Shown here: piece by piece, positions 1-7,935 of the stretch
Numbering within the stretch: position 1 is the stretch's first letter
Layout of the letters: each line of letters starts with the position of its first letter
Assembly: GCA_030141605.1 (NCBI GenBank)
Contig: JAQGDQ010001493.1
Location: 28,798 to 38,279 of the forward strand
Direction of reading: 5' to 3'
From: Tubiluchus corallicola
Lineage: Eukaryota > Animalia > Priapulida
Length of the DNA: 9,482 nucleotides
The notes under the pieces: model-generated
The model's input: only the letters and a program-made list of their open reading frames with translations
The model's database searches: none
Told to the model about the DNA's origin: nothing
Position numbers and translations under genes: made by a program

Positions 1-17
1 AATTTCTAATCATAATA

Positions 18-257
18 ATGGTTGCACCCGCACAAGCGCAGTAATTTCTCACAATGGCTGCACAAGCGCAGTAATTTCTCACAATGGCCACACAAGCGCA
101 GTAATTTCTCACAATGGTTGCACCCGCACAAGCGCAGTAATTTCTCACAATGGCCACACCCGCACAAGCGCAGTAATTTCTCACAATGGTTGCACCCGCA
201 CAAGCGCAGTAATTTCTCACAATGGTTGCACCCGCACAAGCGCAGTAATTTCGCAGA
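18..257. repeat. Minisatellite, 7 units of 36/30 bp (ATGGTTGCACCCGCACAAGCGCAGTAATTTCTCACA)
   Basis: Units start at 18, 54, 84, 114, 150, 186 and 222. The units at 54 and 84 lack 6 bp. Confidence 0.95.
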
Positions 258-437
258 ATGACTAGCTCATGGCACCGAACCTCATTTCAAATAAGACGGT
301 AAGCAGATTCACACAAGACTGCAACACACTGAACATTAAAAGCAAAAGAAGCGTAAAATTTAGACGCGAGTAAATTTCACGTGCCCGGACGGTGCATTTC
401 ATATTGTGCACTGGAAAAATCAAAAGCGGTGCCGATA

Positions 438-488
438 TGGCTGCCAACACGTTAATAAGATCGTGGCTGCCAACACGTTAATAAGATC
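438..488. repeat. Tandem duplication of 25 bp (TGGCTGCCAACACGTTAATAAGATC x2)
   Basis: Identical copies at 438-462 and 464-488. Confidence 0.9.
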
Positions 489-984
489 TCTCTCCATATT
501 ATTTTTTGATTCAGTACACCTGTTAATTATTTTCGACGCAAAATCGTTCAGAAAACGAAACAAATTTTACCCGGAATTAACAAATTATGTGTTCAGTTAA
601 ATAGTTTATGCGCAGCTCAGAACAATGCTAATGACTAATGAATCATTCACAGATCATTTAGGACAATCGCACAGAAACCCGAAGCCAATATAGCATCAAT
701 GGGCGATAAGCTGGCAAAGCATAACATTGCTCCGTTCTGCAACTACGTAGTAAAAAAAATCACTTTTGATACGAACAAAAAATGTGTCATTTGTGATTGG
801 CTGACGTTAATGGGTTTGTTACTTAATAGTAACGATTATCACAGATTTTACCTTGGAACTACATGCAGCTTACACTTCTAGCTAAAAACTCACAGTGTTA
901 ACAACCGTAAAAACCAATTTCTCCCATGCAACAGCAGCAAACTTAGCGTCCCTTGTGCTAAATCCACCCTGATCGCACGCCAAG

Positions 985-1132
985 TTACAGACTGCTCGGT
1001 TTGTTAAGAAATTCCGTCAGAAGATGGAGTAGCTCCTGCGGCTTATCGTAATGCACCCAGTGACCGGCGCCCTCTACGTACTTAATCTCGGCGCGAGGAA
1101 ACAGTCTATGAATTTCTGGATAATCTTCTTTT
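985..1132 (-). CDS. ABHD11: ABHD11 terminal coding exon with catalytic His (KEDYPEIHRLFPRAEIKYVEGAGHWVHYDKPQELLHLLTEFLNKPSSL*)
   Basis: Not in the ORF track; translated by hand. Acceptor tcttacag (AG at 1134-1133) completes the phase-2 codon GG|A. TAA at 987-985. Confidence 0.93.
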
Positions 1133-4100
1133 CTGTAAGACAATCGGAAGTGTTAGAGACGCAATAGATTTTTAAGCAAAATCTCACAATATCAGAGACA
1201 CATGGTTGGTGGTAGTCTGACTGCCTGCTAGCTGACAGCTATGTGTTTCAACAAAAAATAACAACAGAAAGTTATTACACTCGTATCTCGGTTTGCCGGA
1301 CAAAAGTGGGGAGACGTCGGTACGAATTTGCCAGTTCAACGTATTTATCGAAACTAAGTTACTACAGTAGGCACCGTGCATTAGACTCACTGTAATGTAG
1401 AATCAATCGTCTAATTGTCTCAAAAACGTCTAGTACGGGCCACTCCTGACATATTAGACTCACGGTAATGTAGAATCAATTGCCTAATTGTCTCAAAAAC
1501 GTCTAGTACGGGCCGCTCCTGACATATTAGACTCAAGGTAATGTAGAATCAATCGCCTAATTGTCTCAAAAACGTCTAGTACGGGCCACTCCTGACATAT
1601 TAGACTCATGGTAATGTAGAATCAATCGCCTAATTGTCTCAAAAACGTTTAGTGCGGGCCTCTCCTATGCGAAAGTATGTAAAAACCGTCTGCATTTGAC
1701 TCCAATAACTCCGCATCTTTTTATACATAGAGATATGCACGTGTTTACACTGATGTACATGATGTAAACAAAGTAACGCACCGCCAACTAGCGATCATCT
1801 GTGGAAATAACAGACCGTATCCGCACTATGCGGACTTTCAATGGACCAGATTTTGTCCGGATTTTCCGATATCTGTGAATGTGAGGCCCAGCAAACCGAG
1901 ATATGAATGTACTTAGCATACAAGAATGAAAAATTAACAAGTAGCGTTCGCGGGTATTTTGGGAAAGTAGATTTAAGAAGTTCGTGACGGCGTGCAGCCA
2001 ACATTAAGAAAGTACAAAACAAAGTTTAAATAATTCACTAAAACTAATAATTTGCAGAGTTTGGGAGTTAAGATTGTGTATCAGAAAAACAAGTAAAACT
2101 CGTGAGCAGAAGATAATAGAAAACAAATAACAGCTAGCAAGCTAGCTACATAAATGGTTTACAAAATTGTATATCCATTTTCTTTTGACTGTACTAATCA
2201 ATGGTTCTCGTCGTGAAAGCAGTCTTAAACCAGTTTTTCTTTCCATTCTCATGCATTAAAGGACAAGAAAAGGCCTAGTTAAAGCAAGTCTCAGAAAATT
2301 TTCGCTAAAGAATTATAACGATTAGAGGTAATCTTAAGCGTTTATCATACTCACGGTAAAAGAATTCCCGTTCGTTTTCGTTAAAAATGCAAAATTTCAT
2401 AATAATATCTTTTTCAACTTTTAGTGTTAACTCTTTAGTATTGCAAGAAAGGTTAACAAATGCAAAAGGCGTTGCGAGTTTTTGTAATGGGCAAAACTGG
2501 AATTCATATTCAGTCAACATGTTTCGCATACGATAAAACACTTATTTCGACTCTTTGTAAACCAGTGGTTCTTAACCTGGGTTCGATCGAACCCTAGGGG
2601 TTTGGTGAGTCGATCTCAGGGGTTCCGCAGAGCTTCCGCCGCGGAGGTCCGGACACACTTGAATTATCGTGGATGCTGGACATAAAAACGAAGAAAAGGA
2701 ACAGACTTTGCTGTGAAAATGACATGAGAGTGGCACTTGCCAAGGTGAAGCCATGCATATCTGAACTGGTCTCTCAAAGGCAACAGCAGAAGTCACACTG
2801 ATTTGCAGGTATGTAATTTGTTGTGAGTTTATGCATTGTGTTGGTTTTGTTCATTGAACAAGGTGATGTTCATGCACGGCTCATTTTGTGTACCAGTAAA
2901 AAACATATCTATGTCTTGAATTTGAAAAAAATCATATTTTATTTTTCACTAAAGAGGGGTTCGGTGAATGCGCATATGAAACTGGTGGGGCTCGGTACCT
3001 CCAACAAGGTTAAGAACCACTGTTGTAAACCATTTAGAGAAACGTGATTTTGCGATAATCTACTTTAGCAGTCCTAACATATTGCTCTCAAGGAAGAGCA
3101 CTGATTTAGACGCAATCAAATGCACGAGACATTTATGTGCAAAAAAACAAGACGAATAGAAGTGCGGTGCTCAGCATACATACCCGAGGTATACATACCC
3201 TATCTGCGGAGAGATGGAGCCACCGACGAACAGGACGTCGGAGTGATACGATCTATTGTAGGAGGTAAACTTTGTAATGTGCTTTATGTTATCTGAGATG
3301 GCGTCTAGGTTACACTTCCACACAAAGTGTCCCGGCCTGGATTCGACCACATTGGTCACGAGAAAGGCGCGCACGAGTTCCGACTGAAATGAAAGGGGAG
3401 AAGCGAGTAGGTTAGATGATTGCAATTATAGTGGAATAGTAATTAGCACAGACCATTACAGACATTATTGAGATCACGTATAGTATGGTATGGTATGGTA
3501 CGGTATGGTATGGCACGGTACGGTACAGTACAGTACAGTACAGTGCAATACAGCACAGCACAGCACTGTATAGTATAGTATAGTATAGTATAGTATAGTA
3601 TAGTATAGTATAGTATAGTATAGTATAGTATAGTATAGTATAGTATAGTATAGTATAGTACAGTACAGTATAGTATAGTACAGTACAGTAAGTACAATAC
3701 TGTACAGTACAGTACAGCACAGTACAGTACAGTACAGTACAGTAAAGTACAGAATGGTATAATTAGTTTATTATAGTGTCATCTTTCATTTTACAACAAT
3801 TTAAAACACAAAATACATACAGTTTCAGTAAAATTAAAACCACTGTATCCACACAGTTACGAGACACCTTTAAAATCATTAAAAACAATCATTTTACACA
3901 TAAATTACAACAGTCATTAAATAAACATTAAAACATATCATTACACTAGTTAAAATGTTCCTTCTTTCCAGCATTTGATGGCAGGTTTTGGCGCATTCTT
4001 TTAAACAAATATTACCTGACAGTATCTGACATTAATTTATCATTATCGTTGAACTCATTAAAATTATTGATTTTAGCGCTTAGACACTGGAATGACAAAA

Positions 4101-6926
4101 TGTCATCATAAAGGTGACAATGCAATAAAACATGTTTTTCAGACTCGACTGCTAACCATTTTGAAATCTGATATATTTTAACACAACTAACAAGGCAAAA
4201 GCATTTCACATATCTTATATCCGAGGTTGTCTGTAATGCCAAAGCATTTTTGATAATTAAATAATAGATTAAAAACTTAATTAATAGCCCAACTATTGAT
4301 GACATCACAAACTAACATAATTTTCAACATCAAAATTATTCCATGAGGGTGTTGTACAGTATATCTTCCATTGTACTAACAATATTATATTGTATATCTT
4401 CCACTGTACTAAAACTAGGCAACTCTTAAGATAAAAATTCAAATTTCAAATTTACGCATGAGCTGCCAAACATGTGCAGCACGTCACAAACTGAGATGTT
4501 CAGCACCTGTTTTCTGCGCAACTGTTTCCGAAATTCAGTGCCCGCCTAACTAGCGAATGGCGAAATGCAGGTAACAGCAAAGAACTAGTGACGCGAATGC
4601 AAAATTGCGTTTGTGTGGTAATAATTGTTTTGCGTAAGTCATTCTTTAAAATAAAAGAGTAGATTGTTTTGACTTACCGTTTAAGATTGGGTGTGGTTTT
4701 GCTTTAAAATGTACAGCGTTTATTTTAATCTAGAAGAAAGTTACAAACACTTACAGCGATGACGCTTTTCATAGAATCCGCAGCCGAGCTTCGAGCTTCG
4801 GAAATGTTTGCCGCGTGCGAGAAGTCGACACTCTTCAGTGCCTGCAGGTAATTGACGAAGTACGATTTGGCCTGCATGTCCCGAGGTGCCACGTCAACAA
4901 CAACTAATCTCTCCACGGACAAAGGCTGGAAATGCAACCAAATAAATGAGTTGTTTGATACTGAATCAATGCTACACTGTTTTATTGTATAATGTGAAAT
5001 TCTAACTCTGAAAAGACTGCACTGGTGCTTAACAAATGTAAAACTAATACTAATACTAATACTAATACTAATACTAATACTAATACTAATACTAATACTA
5101 ATACTAATACTAATACTAATACTAATACTAATACTAATACTAATACTAATACTAATACTAACACTAACACATTACAATTTTGTTAAATCACTAGAAAATG
5201 GACAATATAACTTTGTATAGAGTTCTTTGCGATATACTTTAAAATACGCTTTTCTTCCCCTTTAAACAGGCTGCATAAGATTATGGATATCCATAAAATA
5301 AGACCAAAAATCCATAAAATAAAATTTGAAAAATCCATAAAATAAGAAATGCATAAAATAAAAAAAATATTTTTTTGTGATTTTTTGTACAAAATAACGA
5401 GTTGTGAGCATTGGCAACACTGAAAACGAACATTAGAAGGAGAGAAAGAGAAAGAAAACAAACCAACAAAAGCGCATTTCCGGATTTGCTATTTTACATT
5501 GTTTTTTCTCATTGTCTTTTTGTTATCAAGATGGCGAAGTTTCAACCAAAGCATGAGCCGGAGTTCGGTCTGAAACTAAGTCCTGCGTGTTTAAAAACAC
5601 GTTTCAAGCACTCCTGTCTTTACTTTTTAATTGATTTCCCCCTGGGCATCTCGTTCCAGATATAGTCTATTTCTTATTTTATTGATATCCATAATCTTAT
5701 GCACCCTGCCTTTAAACCATCAGGTAGCTGAGAAAATAATTGATGGTCAGAACTAAAAATCCAAACAGAATAATAATGGTGCCATTATTGAAGCGCTTTT
5801 ATGAGTCGCCATAATAACAGGTCTTTTAACAGTTTCGTTGTACGTGCACGCGCAGTTGCTGTAGGTCAAAAGTTAAGTATACTACAGCAACCGTCACGTG
5901 AAGTATTGATAAAGAAAGCCATCTGCCCCATCAGTTCAGTAACTTCAGTTGTTTTATGCGGTCTTTACTTAATTATGCGTAAGTCTGAGTGTAGAGTGAT
6001 TTACCCGCAGGATCTTGTTTGGGAACAAGAAAAAATGAGCTAGGTAAGGTTCTAGCTGTTAAAACTGTTGCTATTACAACAGCTTGGGCCCTGAGGCATT
6101 GTCAACTGTACACAAATGTGTTATCTGGGTCACTCAACCTTTGACCTTTTCAGGATCATCATCAATCGCTGGAACTGTGAAAAGGCTTATTGTCACTGCA
6201 TTACTGAACTGTCTGTTGAGGTCCACGTCTGGCTAAGAACAATGCAGAACAATGACGTAGAAACAATGCAACCAAATATAATCTACACGCATTACAATCG
6301 TGATAGTCAAACAGACCGTTCAAAAATCAAGTATCTTTACCTTCGTAAGAGCTAAGCTCATTCCGGTCCTGCCACCCAGACTGTGACCAATGACAGCAGG
6401 TTTAGCGATTCCTTGGCTCCTCATGAGAAGCAGAATGTCTTGAGACATGGAAGTGTAATCCATCACATCCACGTGCGGACTGTCGCCATGGTTACGGGCA
6501 TCTGGGATGTACACCTGAAATAGGTACGATAGTGTTCGACTGCAGAAACTTGACTCCATGGAATGAACATTACAAACACACATATGTGAAAGAGTCAAGA
6601 TTGAGCACCACTAGCACCACAACCACTAGCACCACTAGCACCACAACCACTAGCACCACTAGCACATTACAAGATGGCAGATACAATATTAGCAATTAGT
6701 TACTTGCTAAATGCGAACACTCACTACCTTATTTAGAAGAAATCTAAAATTAAATATCGGCCAAAGAAGACAATGACAACTTACCTTCCTGTTCGTGTCC
6801 CGAACAAGCTGCTTGGCAATGGGCACCCAGTTCTTACTGCTTCCAAAGAGGCCATGTAAAATGATCACCGGCTGATTTCCCGTTTCCGTCTCTGGATAAA
6901 ATGCTTGAAAATTCAAGTTGATGCCC
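985..6926 (-). CDS. ABHD11: ABHD11-like alpha/beta-hydrolase (YbfF family), spliced, 5' partial: join complement(985..1132,3199..3383,4755..4925,6341..6514,6785..6926)
   Basis: Five exons join in frame through GT-AG introns (phases 0,0,0,2) into 272 aa plus TAA. Motifs seen: LHGLFGS, DARNHGDSPH, nucleophile elbow GHSLGG, VERLVVVDVAP, FVWKCNLDAI, GAGHWVH. All match the ABHD11/YbfF family as I know it. Confidence 0.93.
1380..1667. repeat. Intronic minisatellite, about 4 x 73 bp
   Basis: Units beginning ATTAGACTCA at 1380, 1453, 1526 and 1599, with only a few substitutions between copies. Confidence 0.95.
2563..3022 (+). mobile_element. Non-autonomous hAT element, Buster/Charlie type, 460 bp
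   Basis: Perfect 16-bp TIRs CAGTGGTTCTTAACCT / AGGTTAAGAACCACTG. Perfect 8-bp TSD TTGTAAAC (2555-2562, 3023-3030) with the central TA typical of Buster elements. Internal transposase C-terminal remnant. Confidence 0.95.
2664..2801 (+). pseudogene. C-terminal remnant of a Buster/Charlie hAT transposase (ZBED8/FAM200-like dimerisation-domain end)
   Basis: Translates as LSWMLDIKTKKRNRLCCENDMRVALAKVKPCISELVSQRQQQKSH*. This matches the family pattern IKTKxRxRL...DMRVAL...P....L...Q.Q.SH*. Confidence 0.88.
3199..3383 (-). CDS. ABHD11: ABHD11 exon (SELVRAFLVTN...FVWKCNLDAI...LFVGGSISPQI), 185 bp
   Basis: Acceptor tttcatttcag (AG at 3385-3384), donor GG|GTATGT at 3199/3198 (phase 2). Confidence 0.9.
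3478..3752. repeat. Compound pentanucleotide microsatellite (TGGTA/CGGTA/CAGTA/CAGCA/TAGTA)n
   Basis: Near-continuous 5-bp periodicity with blocks of variant units. The longest pure block is (TAGTA)n at about 3571-3660. Confidence 0.97.
3478..4152 (-). mobile_element. 5'-truncated degenerate non-LTR retrotransposon 3' end (RTEX-like), with microsatellite tail
   Basis: Minus strand gives VESEKHVLLHCHLYDDI...INNFNEFNDNDKL and, after a frameshift, KECAKTCHQMLERRNIL. This resembles the E-x-E-x-H-x4-C end of a LINE ORF2 CCHC region. It is followed by an AT-rich UTR, AATAAA (3772-3767) and the pentamer tail. Clade assignment is from memory. Confidence 0.7.
4155..4708. repeat. Unclassified interspersed repeat, copy 1 (boundaries approximate)
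   Basis: Colinear with 7233-7783. Shared blocks include AGCCCAACTATTGAT-x-ACATCACAAACTAACATAATTTTCAACA, TAAGATAAAAATTCAAATTT, CAGCACCTGTTTT, CGTTTGTGTGGTAATAATT and AGTAGATTGTTTTGAC. Confidence 0.85.
4755..4925 (-). CDS. ABHD11: ABHD11 exon (PLSVERLVVVDVAP...SMKSVIA), 171 bp
   Basis: Acceptor tttccag (AG at 4927-4926), donor GCT|GTAAGT at 4755/4754. 57 codons. Confidence 0.92.
5043..5168. repeat. Hexanucleotide microsatellite (ACTAAT)19(ACTAAC)2
   Basis: Read directly from the sequence. Explains the poly-LV ORF. Confidence 0.97.
5267..5708. mobile_element. MITE, probably hAT superfamily, 442 bp
   Basis: 25-bp TIRs CAGG(C/G)TGCATAAGATTATGGATATC with 1 mismatch, extending imperfectly through ATAAAATAAGA. 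Perfect 8-bp TSD CCTTTAAA (5259-5266, 5709-5716). Repeated subterminal CATAAAATAA motifs. Confidence 0.93.
6341..6514 (-). CDS. ABHD11: ABHD11 exon with catalytic Ser (VYIPDARNHGDSPH...GHSLGGRTGMSLALTK), 174 bp
   Basis: Acceptor tttcag (AG at 6516-6515), donor AAG|GTAAAG at 6341/6340. 58 codons, G-x-S-x-G motif. Confidence 0.95.
6604..6665. repeat. Short tandem repeat, about 2.5 x 24 bp (AGCACCACTAGCACCACAACCACT)
   Basis: Read directly from the sequence; lies within the 270-bp intron. Confidence 0.85.
6785..6926 (-). CDS. ABHD11: ABHD11 internal coding exon (GINLNF...ILHGLFGSSKNW...DTNRK), 142 bp
   Basis: Acceptor ttacttacag (AG at 6928-6927), donor AAG|GTAAGT at 6785/6784. Contains the HGLFG oxyanion-hole motif. 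Confidence 0.9.
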
Positions 6927-6983
6927 CTGTAAGTAAACAATGCATGTATAAAATCAATGAGAAAATCATTCGCAAAAATACCT

Positions 6984-7065
6984 GCGCATTATAGTGCACT
7001 GGTCTAGAGCAGTGGGTCTTGAGATTGCTTAGGTAGTTCGCGCAGGTTCAACTCCGTGTGCATCC
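6984..7065 (+). other. Degenerate tRNA-Ser(TGA)-like sequence (SINE head or tRNA pseudogene)
   Basis: A-box-like TAGTGCACTGG (6992-7002), CTTGAGAT resembling the Ser anticodon loop CTTGAAAT, and CGCGCAGGTTCAACTCC with a B-box (7045-7055). Stems do not pair well, so it is not a functional tRNA. Confidence 0.5.
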
Positions 7066-7232
7066 AGGTGTAAAACAATTTACTGCTGTGGGGTGTTCAA
7101 AACCTGAGTGAAACATACCGCTCTCAACATGTTAGTTTAACTTGCTATATGAGTATTTGCGTAATGGTGCAGGGGTTTGCGACTTAACTTTTCAGACACT
7201 TGAAGGAAGAAAGGACGATTTTTCATATACTA

Positions 7233-7783
7233 CTCCAATTTCAAGTCCGATAAAAAGTAACATTTTAACACGATTAATATTGCAAAAGCGTTTCTGATAA
7301 TCAAATAATAGAATAAAAACTTAATTTGGCGAGCCCAACTATTGATCACATCACAAACTAACATAATTTTCAACAGCAAAAATATTCCACAAGCGTGTTG
7401 CACATATTTGCGAAAGCGAAAATTGAATTACAGTGCTACTGTAAGATATTCAGTGTGTTGTACTAAACCTAGAAAAGTTTTAAGATAAAAATTCAAATTT
7501 TAAATTTACCGCTATGCTCAGGCAGCTGTCAAACGTGCGTAGCTCGTCACAAACTAACACATCTGAACTGAGAAGTACAGCACCTGTTTTTTGTGCAGTG
7601 TGTTTCCGAAATGCACATGTTAGTGCCCTCCAACTAGCAAATGGCGAACGCAAAGTTACGTTTGTGTGGTAATAATTCTTTCACGTAAGTTATTTTTGAA
7701 AAAAAGTATCTTTCCTTTCAGTATTTTAAAAAGTAGATTGTTTTGACCTACAGTTCAAGATTGGGTCCAGGTTTGCTCTAAAG
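7233..7783. repeat. Unclassified interspersed repeat, copy 2 (same orientation as copy 1; boundaries approximate)
   Basis: Colinear similarity to 4155-4708 with several indels. Confidence 0.85.
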
Positions 7784-7935
7784 CAAATAAATAAAGCACA
7801 AAAACAAATTTATATGAAAAAAGCCTCTGATAAGAGGAACTACCATTATAAATTCAGGCAAAGATGCCTCGCAATTCAATAATAAATGGCGTCACAGATG
7901 CTGTTAACATTATCAAACAGGTTGTCCAGAAATGT

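Noticed and set aside
18-257. CRISPR array (36-bp repeats)
   Set aside because: Units are head-to-tail with no unique spacers, there are no cas genes, and the context is eukaryotic.
6-261. Metallothionein/zinc-finger-like ORFs on either strand
   Set aside because: Pure translations of a minisatellite with near-identical DNA units. No synonymous divergence pattern and no supported gene structure.
699-881. 60-aa plus-strand ORF and nearby CCAAT/TGACG motifs (about 793-806)
   Set aside because: No recognisable homology. It lies antisense in the probable ABHD11 3' UTR or flank, and the motifs are too short to support alone.
2572-3047. ORFs 2572-2796 (-) and 2823-3047 (+)
   Set aside because: Chance frames inside the hAT element. 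The real remnant is the plus-strand frame 2664-2801.
3412-3720. Tyr/Cys-rich ORFs (YYTIL repeats)
   Set aside because: Translations of the pentamer microsatellite.
4982-5170. Poly-LV membrane peptide or telomeric repeat
   Set aside because: Translation of (ATTAGT)n. The unit is not TTAGGG or TTAGG, and it is intronic.
5183-5665. Three overlapping hydrophobic/basic ORFs
   Set aside because: Chance frames across an AT-rich MITE.
5801-6355. Plus-strand ORFs of 80 and 79 aa as a nested gene
   Set aside because: No recognisable motifs or supported splice structure; lengths are compatible with chance.
6984-7065. Functional tRNA gene
   Set aside because: Anticodon and T stems do not pair properly, and no T-run terminator follows directly.
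7119-7130. ATG TTG AGA GCG|GTATGT (MLRA) as ABHD11 exon 1
   Set aside because: The donor is phase 0 but the acceptor at 6926 needs phase 2, and the unspliced frame stops soon after.
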